DNA of 64,000 nt, taken from the human T2T-CHM13v2.0 reference genome, Homo sapiens. The notes under the pieces were generated by a model. It did not search any database. It worked only from the letters and a program-made list of their open reading frames with translations, and was not told the origin of the DNA. Location: assembly GCF_009914755.1 (NCBI RefSeq), contig NC_060935.1. One strand, given 5' to 3'. How positions within the stretch are numbered: the first letter of the stretch is position 1; each line of letters opens with the position of its first letter. This document shows positions 24,201 through 37,651 of this stretch, one piece after another. Made by a program: the position numbers and the translations under genes.

Positions 24201-27200
24201 TCCCTTGTGATGTGTGCATTCATCTCACAGAGTTAAACCTTTCTTTGGATTCAGCAGTTTGGAAACACCTTTTTGTCCATTCTGCAAAAGGACCTTTGGA
24301 AGCTCATGGAGGACAATGACAAAAAAGCAAAATCCCAGTGTAAAAACTAGAAGGAAGCTATCTGAAAAACTGCTTTGTGATGTATTCATTCATTTCTCAG
24401 AGTTAAACCTTTCTTTTTATTCAGGAGTTTAGAAACACTATTTTTGTACAATGTGGGAAGGGATATTTGAGAGCACATTCAGGTCTATGGTGAAAAAGAA
24501 AATAGCTTCAGATAAAAACTAGAAAGAAACTTTTGAGAAACTGCTTTGTAATGCTGCATTCATCTCACACAATTAAAATTTATTTTGATTAAGCAGTTTG
24601 GAAACACTGTTTTTGTAGAAACTGTGATGGCATATTTGTGAGAACACTGAGGTCAATGGTGAAAAAGCAAATATGACGTGATAAAAACTAGAAGGAAGCT
24701 GTCTGAGAAACCACTTTGTGACGTGTGCATTCAACTCAGAGAGTTAAAACATTTCTTTAATTGAACTGTTTGGAAACACTTTTTTGTTAAAAGGGAAATA
24801 TCTTGAGATAAAAACTAAGAAGAAGTTTTCTGAGAAACCACTTTGTGATGTGTCCATTCATCTCACAGAGTTAAACATTTCTTTATTCCACAATTTGAAA
24901 ATGCTGTTTCTTTCCATTCTGTGAATGGACATTTGGGAGCTCATTGAGGCCAATGGTGAAAAAAGGGATATCCCAGGAAAAAAACTAGAAGGAAGCTATC
25001 TGAATAACTGACTTATGATCTGTATATTCAATTCACAGAGATAAACCTTCCTTTTCATTCAGCAGTTTGGAAACACTGTTTTTGTAGAATCTACGAAGGG
25101 ATATTTGGGAGCACATTGAGGTCTATGATGAAAAAATATCTTCAGACAAAAACTAGAAAGAAGCTCTCTGAGAAACTGCTTTGTGATGTGTGCATTCATC
25201 TCAAGGAGTTAAACCTTCCTTTGGATTCAGCAGTTTGGAAACACTGCTTTCTCCATTCTGCGAATGGACATTTGGGAGCTCATTGAGGCCGATGGGAGAA
25301 AAGCAAATACCCCAGAATTAAAACTAGAAAGAAGCCATCTGAGAAACTTCTTTGTGATGTGTGCATTCATCTCGCAAAATGAAATGTTTTTTATTCATCA
25401 GTTTGGAAACACTGTTTTTATAGAATATGTGAATGGATATTTGGGAGCATATGGAGGCCTATGGTAACAAGAAATTATCTTCAGATAAAAACTACAAAGA
25501 AGCGTTCTGAGAAACTGCTTTGTAATGTGTATTTTCATCTCACAGAGTTACACATTTCTTTGGATTCAGCAGTTTGGTAACACTGTTATTGTCCATTTTG
25601 TGAATGGACATTTGTGACCTCATTGTGGCCAATAGTGAAAAAGTGAATATCCCAGGTTAAAAACTAGAAGAAAGCTGTCTGAGAAACTGCTTTGTGATGT
25701 GTGCATTCATCTCGAAAATTAATCTTTCTTTTCAATAAGCAGTTTGGAAACACTGTTTTTGTAGAAATCTCCAGAGGGATATTTGGGAGTGCCTTGAGAC
25801 TTTTGGTGAAAAAGAAAATATCTTCAAATAAAAAGAAGAAAGAAGCTTCCTGAGGAACTGCTTTATGATGTGTGCATTCATCTCCCAAAGTTAAAATGTT
25901 CTTTGGATTCAGCAGTTCCAAAGACTGTTTTTGTCCATTCTGCGAATGGACCTTTGGAAGCTCATTGAGAAAAATGGTGAAAAAGTGAATATTCCAGGTT
26001 ATAAACTAGAAAAAGCTATCTGAGAAACCTCTTTGCTATGTGTGCACTCATTTCACAGAGTTAAACTTTTCTTTTCATTCAGCACTTTAGGAAAATTGTT
26101 TTCGTAGAATCTGTGAAGGGATTTTGGGACACACTGAGGCCTATGGTGGAAAAGGAAACATCTTCAGATAAAAATTAGAAACTTTCAGAGAAACTTCTTT
26201 GTGATGTGTGCAATCATCTCACAGAGTTAAACCTTTCTGTGGATTCAGCAGTTTGGAAACACTGTTTATGTTCGTTGTGTGAATGGACATTTGGAACATT
26301 TGGTGAAAAACAGAATATCCCAGGAAACAAACTAGAAGGAAGCTATGTGAGAAACCTCTTTGTGATGTGCACATGCATCTCACAGAATTAAACTTTTCTT
26401 TTCATTCAGTACTTTGGCAAGAGTGTTTTTGTAGAATCTACAATGGGATATTTGGGAGTGACTTGAGGCTTGTGGTGAAAAAGAAAATATCTTCAGATAA
26501 AAACTAGAAGGAATCATTCTGAGAAACTGCTTTGTGATGTATGCATTTGTCTCACAGAGTTAAACATTTTGTTGGATTCAGCAATTTGGAAACACTCTTT
26601 CTGTCATTTCTGTGAATGGACATTTGAGAGATCAATGAGACCAATGGCAAAAAAGTGAATATCCCAGGATAAAAATTAGAAGGAAGCTATCTGAGTAACC
26701 CCTTTTGGTGTGTGCATTCGTCTCACAGAGTTGAAACTTTCGTTTCATTCAGAAGTTTGGAAACACTGTTTTTGTAGAATCTGTGAAAGGTTATTTAGGA
26801 GTGCATTAAGCCTATGGTGAAAAAGGAAATATCTTCAGATAAAAACTGGAAAGAAGCCTTCTGAGAAACTGATTTGTGATGTGTGCATTCATTTCACAGA
26901 GTTAAATCTTTCTTTGGATTCAGCAGTTTGGAGAGGCTGTTTTTGTAATTCTGTGAAGGGACCTTTGAAGCTCCTTGAGGCCAATGGTGAAAAAGTGAAT
27001 ATCCCAGGATAAAAACAAGAAGGAAGCTCTCTGAGAAACTGATTTGTGATATCTGCATTCATCTTGAAGAGTTAAACCTTTCTTTTAATTCAGCAGCTTG
27101 GAAAAATTGTTTTTGTAGAATCTGCAAAGGGATATTTGGGAGTGCTTTTAGGCTTATGGGGAAAAAGGAAATATCTTCAGATAAAAACTAGAAATAAGCT

Positions 27201-30200
27201 TTCTGAGAAAATGCTTCATAATGTTGCATTCATCTCACACAATTAAAACTTTCTTTTGATTCAGTAGTTTGGAAACAGTGTTTTTGTAGAAACTGTTGAG
27301 AGATATTTGTGAGAACATTGAGGTCAATAGTAAAAAAGGAAATATCTTCAGGTAAAAACCAGAAAGAAGCTTTCTGATAAACTTCTCTGTATTGTGTGCA
27401 TTCATCTCACACAGTTAAACCTTTTTGCTTATTCAGAAATTTTGAAGCACTCTTTCTGTCCATTCTACAAATGGACATTTGGGAACTCATTGAGGCCAGT
27501 GGTGAAAAAGAGAATATCCCCATATAAAAATTGGAAGGAAGCTATCTGAGAAACTGCTTTGTGATGTGAGCATTCATCTCACAGAGTTAAACCTGTGAGA
27601 ATCTGTGAAGGGATATTCGAGAGTGCATTGAGGCCTATGTTGAAAAAGGAAATGTCATCAGATGAAAACTAGAAAGAGGCTTTCAGAGAAACTGTTTTAT
27701 GAGGTGTGCATTCATCTCAAAGAGTTAAACATTTCGTTGGATTCAGTAGTTTGGAAACACTGCTTTTGTAGGATCTGTGAAGGGATATTTGGGAGTGCAT
27801 TGAGACTTATGGTGGAAAAGGAAATATCTTCAGGTGAAAACTAAAAAGAAACTTTCTGAGAGACTGCTTTGTGATGTGTGCATTCATCTCACAGGGTTAA
27901 GACTTTCTTGGGATTCAGCAGTTTGGAAACACTGCTTTTGTAGAATCTGCAAAGGGATGTTTGTGAGGTGATTGATGCCAAAGTTGAAAAAGCAAATATC
28001 AAAGGGTAAAAACTAGAAGGAAGTTATCTGAGAATCCGGTTTGTGATGTGTGCATTCATCTCACAGAGTTAAACCTTGGCTTTGATCCAGCAGTTTGGAA
28101 ACACCGTTTTTGTCCATTCTGTGAATGGTCAATTGGGAGCTGAAAGAGGCCAAGGGAGACAAAGTGAATATTCAAGGATGAAAATTAGAAGGAATCTATC
28201 TGAGACACTGCTTGGTGATGAGTACATTCATCTCACAGAATTAAACCTTTCTTTTCATTCAGCAGTTTGGAAACACTGTTGTTGTAGAATCTGTGAAGGA
28301 ATATTTGGAAGAGCATTGAGGCCTATGGTGAAAAAGGAAATAACTTCACATAAAAATGAGAAAGAAGCTTTCTGAGAAACTGCTTTCTGATGTGTGCATT
28401 TTTCTCACAGATTTTAACCTTTCTTTGTGTTCAAGAATTTGGAAACACTGTTTTTGTACATTCTGTGAAGGGACATTTTGGAGGTTATTGAGGCCAAAGG
28501 AGAAATAGCGAATATCCCAGGAGAAAAACTAGTAGGAAGCTATCTGGAAATCACTTTGCAATGCGTGCATTTATGTCACAGAGTTAAACTTTTCTTTTCA
28601 TTCAGCAGCTTGAAAATGCTGTTTTGGTAGAATCTGTAAAGGTATATTTGGAAGCACATTGTGACTTTGGTGAACAATGAAATATCTTCAGATAAAGACT
28701 AACAAGAAGCTTACTGAGAAACAGCTTTGTTGTATGTGCATTAATCTCACAGAGTTAAATATTTTTGTTCATTCAGCAGTTTGGAAACACTGTTTTAGTG
28801 GAATCTGTGAAGTTATACTTCGGAGCACATTGAGGCCTATGGTCAAAGAGGAAATATATTCAGATAAAAACTAGAAAGAAGATTTCTGAGAAACTTCTTT
28901 GTGATGTGTGCATTCATCTCATAGAGTTAAACCTTTTATTGGATTCAGCAGTTTGGAAACATTGTTTTTCTCCATTCTGCGAATGGACATTTTAGAGTTC
29001 ATAGAGGCCAATGGTGAAAAAGTGAATATTCCAGGACAATAACTAGAAGGAAGTTACCTGAAAAACCACTTTGTGATATGTGCATTCATTATGCAGGGTT
29101 AAGCCTTTCTTTTCATTCAGCAGTTTGGAAACACTGTTTCTGTAGAATCTGCAAAGGGATATTTGGGAATGCATTGAGTCCTACGGTGAAAAATTATCTT
29201 CAGATAAAAACGAGAAGGAAGCTTTCTGAGAAACTGCTTTGTGATGTGTGCATTCATCTCACAGCGTTAAAACTTTCCTTGGATTCACCAGTTTGGAAAC
29301 ACTGTTTTTGTAGAATCTATGAAGGGGTATTTGGCAGCTCATTGAGGTCAAAGGCAAAAAAGTGACATCCGAGGATAAAAACTAGAAAGAAGCTTTCTGA
29401 GCAACAGCTTTGTGATGTGTGCATTCATCTAATAGTGTTAAACGTTTCATTGGATTCATCAGTTTGGAGACACTTTTTTAACCATTCTGAGAATGGACAT
29501 TTGGGAGCTCATTGAGGCCAATTGTGAAAAAACGAATATCCCACATTAAAAACTAGAAGGAAGCTATTTGAGAAACTGGTATGTGTTGTGTGCATTCGTC
29601 TCATAGAGTTAAGCTTGTATTTTCATTCAGCAGTTTGGAAACACTGTTTTTGAGAATCTGCGGATGGATATTTTGGAGCAATTTGAAGCCTATGTTGAAA
29701 AAGAAAATATCTTCAAATAAAAACTGGAAAGAAACTTTCTGAGAAATTGCTTTGTGATGTGTGCATTCATCTCATAGTATTAGACCTTTCTTTTGATTCA
29801 GCAGTTTGGAAACACTGTTTTTGTAGAATCTGCAATTGAATATTGGGTAGCTCATTGAGACCAAAGGGGAAGAAGTGAATATCTGACTGAAAAAACTAGA
29901 AGGAAGCTATCTGAGAAACAACTTTGTGATGTGTGCATTCGTCTCACAGAGTTAAAACTTTCTTTTCATTCAGCAGTTTGGAAACACTGTTTTTGTAGAA
30001 TCTGTGAATGGATATTTGAGAGCGCATTGATTCATATAGTGAAAAAGGAAATATTTTCAGATAAGAACTAGAAAGAAGCTTTCTGAGAAACTGCTTTGTG
30101 ATGTGTGCATTCATCTCACAGAGTTAAACCTTTCTTTGGATTCAGCAGTTTGGAATCACAGTTTTTTCCATTTGTTGAATGGACATTTGGAAGGAATTTG

Positions 30201-33200
30201 AGGCCAGTGGTGAAAAAGCAAATATCCCAGTAGAAAAACTAGAAGAGAGCTATCTGAGAAACTGCATGGTGATGTGTGAATTCATCTCGGTGAGTTAAAC
30301 CTTTCTTTTTATTCAGCAGTTTGCAAACAGTGTTTTGTAGAAACTGTAAAGGGATATTTGGGAGCGTATTGAAGCCTAAGGTGAAAAAGTAAATATCTTC
30401 AGATAAAAACTGGAATGAAGGTTTCTGAGAAAGTGCTTTGTGATATGTGCATTCATCTCACAGAGTTAAAACTTTCTTTTGATTCAGCAGTTTCAAAACT
30501 CCTTTTTGTAGGATCTGTAAAAGGGATATTCGGGGGCTTACTGAGTCCAAAGGTGTAAAAGCAAATATCCCAGGATAAAAACTAGAAGGAAGCTAACTGA
30601 CAAACAGCTTTTTGATGTGCACATTCATCATGCAGACTTAAACATTTCTTTTCATTCAGCAGATTTGAAACACTGTTTTGGTAGAATCCGTGAAGGGATA
30701 CTTGGGAGCTCATTGAGGCCTATGGTGAAAAAGGAAATATTTTCAGTTAGAAACTAGTATAAAGCTTTCAGAGAAAATGCTTTGTGATGCTTGCATTCAT
30801 CTCACAGAGTTAAAAATTTCTCTGGATTCAGCAGTTTGGAAATACTGTTTTTTTCCATTATGCTAATGGACATTTCAGAGCTCCTTGACACCAATGGCGA
30901 AAAAGCAAATATCCCAGGGTAAAAATGAGAAGGAAGCTATCTGAGAAACTGCCTTGTAATGTAAGCATTCTTCTCACAGATTTAAAACTTCCTTTTCATT
31001 CAGTAGTTGGGAAATACTGTTTTGGTGGAATCTGTGAAGGGATATTTGGGAGTGCATTGGGTCCTATGGTTAAAAAGGAAATATATTCAGAAAAAAACTG
31101 GGAAGAAGCTACCTGAGAAACTGTTTTGTGATGTGTGCATTCGTCTCACAAAGTTAAGCCTTTCTTTCAATTCAACAGTTTGGAAACACTGTTTTTATAC
31201 AATCTGTGAAGGGATATTTGGGAGCTCGTTGAGGCCAAAGACCAAAAAGAGAATATCCCAGGATAAAAACTAGAAGGAAGCTATCTGAGTAATTTCTTTG
31301 TGATGCGTGCATTCATCTCGCAAACTTAAACCTGTCTTTTCATTCTGCAAATGGGAAACTGTGTTTTGGTGGAATCTGCACAAGGATATTTGGAAGCATA
31401 TTGAAGCCTATGGTGGAAAAAGAAATACCTTCAGATAAAAATTAGAAAGAAGCTTTCTGAGAAACTTTTTCGTGATGTTTGCAATCATCTCACAGAGTTA
31501 AATCATTCTTTGGATTCAGCACTTTGGAAACACTGTTTTTGGAGAATCTGCAAAGGGATGTTTGGAAGCTCATTGAGGCCAAAAGTAAAAAAATGAACAT
31601 CCCAGGATAAAAACTAGAAAGAAGCTTTTGAACAAAATGTCTTGTGATGTTTGTATTCATCTCATAGGGTTAAACCTTTTGTTGTATTCATCAGTTTGGA
31701 AACTTTTTTTGTCCATTCTGCTAATGGACATTTATGAGCTCATTGAGGCCAATGGCAAAAAAGTGAATATCCCAGGATAAAAACTAGAAGGAAGCTATCT
31801 GAGTAACAGCCTTGTGATGTGTGTATTCATCTCGCAGAGTTACACATTTCTTTTCATTTGGCAGTTTGGAAACACTGTTTTTGTTGAATCAGTAATGGGA
31901 TATTTGGGAGTGCATTGAGGCCTATTATGTAAAAGGACGTATCTTCAGATAAAAACTAGAAAGAAGCTTTCTTAGAAACCGCTTTGTGATGTGTGCATTA
32001 ATCTCAGAGTTCAACCTTTCTTTGTATTCAGCAGTTTGGAAACACTGTTTTTTTCCATTCTGTGAATGGACATTTGGGACCTCATTGAGGTCAATGGTGA
32101 AAAAGGGGATACCCCATTATAAGAAATACGAGGAAACCACTTTGTGATGTGGGCATTCATCTCGCAGAGTTAAACCTTTCTTTTCATTCAGCAGTTTGGA
32201 AACACTGTTTATGTAGTATATACAAAGGGATATTTTGGAGGGCATTGAAGTCTATGGTTAAAAAGGAAATACTTTTAGAAAAAAACTAGAAAGAAGCTTC
32301 CTGAGAAACTGCTTGGTGATGTGTGCATTCATCTCACAGAGTTAAACCCTTTTTGGATTCTGCAGTTTGGATGCACTGTTTTTGTGCATTCTGTGAATCA
32401 ACATTTCGAAGTTCACTGAGACCTATGGCAAAAAAGTGAAAATCCCAGGATAAAAACTAAGTGGAAGCTATCTGAGTAAATGCTTTGTGATGTGTGCCTT
32501 CATCTGACAGAGCTAAACCTCTCTCAGAAATCAGCAGTTTGTAAACTATGCTTTTGTAACATCTGCATGGGGGTATTTTGTAGCACACTCCGACCAATGG
32601 TGAAAAAGGAATTATCTTCAGATAAAAACTAGAAAGAATCTTTCTGAGAAACTGCTTTGTGATATGTACATTCATCTGACAGAGTTCAACCTCTCTTTGA
32701 ATTCAGAAGTTTGAAAACCCTGTTTTTATAGCATCTCCAAAGGAATATTTGGGAGCTCATTGAGGCGAAAGTCGAAAAAGCAAATATTCCTGGATAAAAA
32801 CTAGAAGGAATCTATCTGAGAAACTGCTTTGTGATGTGTGCATTCATCTCACAGAGTTAAACCTTTCCTTTCATCCAGCAGTTTGGGAACACTCTTTTTT
32901 TAGAATCGGTAACAGATATTTTGGAGTGAATTGAGGCCTATGGTGAAAAAGGAAATATATTTAAACAAAAACTAGAAAGAAGCTTTCTGAGAAACTGTTT
33001 TGTGATGTTTGCATTCATGTCACAGAGTTAAACCTTTCTTCAGATTCGGCAGTTTGGAAAAACTGTTTTTGTCCATTCTGTGAATGGATATTTGGAGACC
33101 AAAGGTGAAAAAGTGAATATCCCAGGAAAGAAACAAGAAGAAAGTTATTTACGAAACAGCTTTGTGATGTGTGCATTCATCTCACAGAGTTAAATCTTGG

Positions 33201-33395
33201 TTTTCATTTAGCCATTTGGAAAAACTGTTTTTGTAGAATCTGTGAAGGGATATTTGGGAGCACATTGAGGCCTATGGTGAAAAATGAAATATCTTCAGAC
33301 AAAAACTAGAAAGAAGCTTTCTGAGAAGCTGCTTTGTCATGTGTGCATTCCTCTCACAGAGTTAAACCTTTCTTTGGATTCGGTGGCTTAGAAAC
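18209..33395 (+). repeat. Alpha satellite, divergent array with nested multi-monomer duplications
   Basis: Continuous ~171-bp alphoid periodicity. Confidence 0.98.
20563..22274 (+). repeat. Recent tandem duplication of a 5-monomer (856-bp) alphoid block
   Basis: CCTTCTGAGAAACTGATCTGTG..CACTTAGTTAAAACACACTTTT at 20581 and 21437, with private variants shared throughout; roughly 97% identical by eye. Confidence 0.92.
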
Positions 33396-34373
33396 TGTTG
33401 TGGGAAGTCAGGGACACTGAACAGAGGGACCTGCTGAAGCCATGACAGAAAAACATAAATTTTGAAGATTTCCTGGACATTTGTCATTTCCCCAACCAAT
33501 TCCCTTGTAATTTCCTATGCCTGTCTTTAACCTCTTAGTCCCATCATCTTCCAAAGCTGAGTATGTATGTCACCTCAGGACCCTGTGATGATTGTGTTAA
33601 TGCACAGATTGTTTGTAAAGCATATGTGTTTGAACATTATGAAGTCTGGGCACCTTAAGGACAGGATAACCGTGATTTTCAGGGAACAAGGGAGATAAAG
33701 TCTGGTTACCTATGGACTGGGCATGACAGAGCCGTATTTCTCTTATTACTGAAAATGAATAAGAGAAATATCACTGAATTCTTTCCAAGTAAGGAATATT
33801 AATATTTAATGGCATGGGAAAAGAATACATTCCCAGAGGGGGCCTCTAAAATGGCTGCTCTGGGGATGTCCGCCTTATCCTGTTTCAGATAAGGGATGAA
33901 GCATGCCCTGGCATACTGCAGCACCCCGAGGCTTGCTAGGATTAGGACATTCCTGCCTGCCAAATTGCAGTCAGACCAATTCTCTGCTCTTGAACCCTGT
34001 TAAGATGTTTACCAATGAAAATGCATGCACAGCAGGACATGAAACTTCATTAGTAATTCTAGCTTTGCCCTGACCTTGTGATCTCGCCCTGAACTTCTGC
34101 TTTGTGATCCTTTGTTGCCCTTGATGTATGAGATCTCTGTGACACACTACCTATTCATACACTCTCTCCACCTTGAAAATTGCTAATAAAAACTTGCTGG
34201 TTTTAAGGCTCTAGGGACAATACAGATACGGCTGACATGTGATGTTTCCATCATACACCCAGCTTTGAAATTTCTCTCTTTTGTACTCTTCCCCTTTATT
34301 TCACAGACTGGCTGACACTTACTGAAAATAGAAAAGAACCTATGTTGAATTATCAGTGGTGGATCCTCCAATA
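33396..34373 (+). mobile_element. Solo MER11 LTR (MER11A-like), 978 bp
   Basis: TGTTGTGGGAAGTCAGGGAC start and CCTCCAATA end. AATAAA at 34185-34190. TSD (A/G)GAAAC at 33390-33395 and 34374-34379. Satellite phase is continuous across it. Confidence 0.93.
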
Positions 34374-36891
34374 GGAAACACTGTTTTTGTCCATTTTGTG
34401 GATAGACATTTGGGAGCTCATTGATGCCAATGGTGAAAAATAAAAATCCCAGGATAAATACAAGAAGGAAGCTATCTCAGAAACCACTTTGTGGTGTGTG
34501 CATTCATCTCAGAGAGTTAAAGCTTTCTTTGGATTTAGCAGTTTGGAAACACTGTTTTTGTAGAATCTGCAAAGGGAATTTGGGAGCTCATTGAGGCCAT
34601 GGCAAAAAATAAAATAGTCCAGAATAAAAACTAGAAGGAAGGTATTTTAGAAATCACATTGTGATGTGTGCATTCATCTCACAAAGTTAAATCTTTCTTT
34701 TATTGCACCATTTTGGAAGCACTGTTGTTTTTTTTTTTGATTCTGTGAATGGACATTTGGGAGCTCATTGGGAGCAATGGAGAAAAAGTTAATATCCCAG
34801 GATAAAAACTACAAGAAAGTTATCTGGCAAACCTCTTTATGATGTGTCTATTCTTCTCACAGAATTAAACCTTTCTTTTCATTCAGCAGCTTGGAAACAC
34901 TGTTTAGGTAGAATCTGAGAAGGGATATGTGGGAGCTCAATGAGGCCGATGGTGAAAAAGGAAATATCTTCAGATAAAAACTAGAAAGAAGTTTTCTGAG
35001 AAACTACTTCATGATGTGTGAATTCATTTCGCAGAGCTAAACCTTTGTTTTGATTCAACAGTTGGGAAATACTGTTTTTGTGGAATCTACAAAGGAATGT
35101 TTGATAGATCATTGATACCATAGGTGAAAAAGCAAATATCCCAGGAAAAAAACTGGAAGGAACCTATCTGAGAAACAGCTTTGTGATGTATGCATTCATC
35201 TCACAGAATTAAACCTTTGTTTTCATTCAGCAATTTGGAAACACTGTTTTGGTAGAATCTGAAAAAGGAATTTTGGGATCACATTGAGGCCTATGGTGAA
35301 AAAGGAAATATCTTCAGATAAAAACTAGAAATATGCTTTCTGAGAAACTGCTTTGGATGTGTGCATTTATCACACAGAGTTAAATCTTTCTGTTAATTCA
35401 GCAGATTGCAAACACTGATTTTGTGCATTCTGCAAATGGATCTTTGGGAGCTCATTGTGGCCAATGGAGAAAAAGTGAATACCCTAGGATAAAAACTACA
35501 AGGGCTCTCTCTCTGAGAAACCGCTGTATGATGTGTGACTTCACCTCACAGACTTAAACCTTTCTTTTCATTCAGCAGTTTGGAAACACTGTTTTGGTAG
35601 AATCTTTGAAGGGATATTTTTGAGCACATTGAGGCCTATGGTGAAAAAGGAATTATCTTCACATAAAAGCTGGAAGGAAGCTTTCTGAGAAACTGCTTTA
35701 TGATGTGTACATTCATCTCACCCAGTTAAAAATTTCTTCCATTCAGCAGCTTGGAATCTCTGTTTTTGTTCATTCTGTGAATGGACATTTCAGACCTCAT
35801 TGAGGCCAAAGGCAAAAAAGCGAATATCCCAGGAGAAAAACTAGAATAATGCCATCTGAGAATCCACTTTGTGATGTCTGCATTCATATTGCAAGTTAAA
35901 CCATTCTTGGGATTCAGTAGTTTTGAAACACTGTTTTTGTGTTATCTACAGAGCAATATTTTGGAGCTCATTGACGTCAATGGTGAAAAAGTGAATATCT
36001 TAGGATAAATACCAGAAGGAAGTTAACTGAGAAACCACTTTGTGATGTGTGCTTTCATCTGGCAGAATTAAACATTTCTTTAGATTCAGCAGCTGGAAAC
36101 ACTGTTTTTGTCCATTCTGTGAATGAACATTTGGGAGGTCATTGAGGCCAATGGAGAAAAAGTGAATAGCCCAGGATAAAAACGAGAAGGAAGCTATCTG
36201 AAAAACTCCTGTGTGATGTGTGCATTCATTTTACACAGTTAAACCTTACCTTGTATTCACCTGCTTGGGAACATTGTTTTTGTCCATTCTGCGAATGGAA
36301 ATTATGTAGCTCATTGAGTCCAATGGCAAAAAAGAGAATATCCCAGGATAAAAACTAGAAGAAAGTTGTCTGAGAAAACTCTTTGTGATGTGTGCATTCA
36401 TCTCACAGAGTTAAAACTTATTTTTCATTCAGCAGTTTGGAAAAACTGTTTTGGTATAATCTGTGAAGGGATATTTGGGAGCTCACTGAGGGCTATGGTT
36501 AAAAGGAAACATCTTCAGATAAAAATGAGATAGAAGCATTCTGAGAAATTGTTTGGTGATGTGTGCATTAATCTCACAGCCTGAAACCTCACAGGCTTAA
36601 ACATTTCTTTGGTGTCAGCAGTTTAGAAGCACTATTTTGCAGAATCTGCTAAGGGATATTTGGGAATTCATTGATGTGAAAGTCAAAAAAGTAAATATCT
36701 CAGGATAAAAACCACAAGGAAACTAACTGAGAAACCACTTTGTGATGTGTGCATTCACTTCTCAGAGTTAAACCTTTCTTTTTATTCAGCAGTTTGGAAA
36801 CTCTGTTTTGTTAGAATCTGTGAAGGAATATTTGGGAGTGCAATGAGGTCTATGGTGTAAAAGGAAATATCTTCAGATAAAAACTAGAAAG
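34374..36891 (+). repeat. Alpha satellite, divergent
   Basis: ~171-bp alphoid periodicity. Confidence 0.98.
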
Positions 36892-37588
36892 CTTGATTGC
36901 ACTGTGGTCTGAGAGTTAGTTTGTTATAATTTCTGTTCTTTTACATTTGCTGAGGAGAGCTTTACTTCCCTGTATGTGGTCACTTTTGGAATAGGTGTGG
37001 TGTTGTGCTCAATGTATATTCTGTTGATTTGGGGTGGAGAGTTCTGTAGATGTCTATTAGGTCTGCTTGGTGCAGAGCTGAATTCAATTCCTCAGTATCC
37101 TTGCTGACTTTCTGTCTCGTTGATCTGTCTAATGATGACAGTGGGGTGTTAAAGTCTCCCATTATTAATGTGTGGGAGTCTAAGTCTCTTTGTAGGTCAC
37201 TCAGGACTTGCTTTATGAATCTTGGTGCTCCTGTATTGGGTGCATATATATTTAGGATAGTTAGCTCTTCTTGTTGAATTGATCCCTTTACCATTATGTA
37301 ATGGCCTTCTTTGTCTCTTTTGATCTTTGTTGGTTTAAAGTCTGTTTTGTCAGAGACTAGGATTGCAACCCCTGCCTTTTTTTGTTTTCCATTGGCTTGG
37401 TAGATCTTCCTCCATCCTTTTATTTTGAGCCTATGTGTGTCTCTGCACATGAGATGGGTTTCCTGAATACAGCACACTGATGGGTCTTGACTCTTTATCC
37501 AATTTGCCAGTCTGTGTCTTTTAATTGGAACATTTAGTCCATTTACATTGAAAGTTAATATTGTTATGTGTGAATTTGATCCTGTCAT
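36892..37588 (-). pseudogene. L1 ORF2 endonuclease domain (inverted arm), frameshifted near its end
   Basis: [33 protein letters not shown]; the arm ends at SDHSAIK. Confidence 0.95.
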
Positions 37589-37651
37589 TATGATGTTAGC
37601 TGGTTATTTTGCTCATTGGTTGATGCAGTTTCTTCCTAGTCTCGTTGGCCT

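Noticed and set aside
27731-27750. TTCGTTGGA resembling the start of a CENP-B box
   Set aside because: It lacks the required CGGG end and sits at the wrong position in the monomer; it is a point variant of TTCTTTGGATT.
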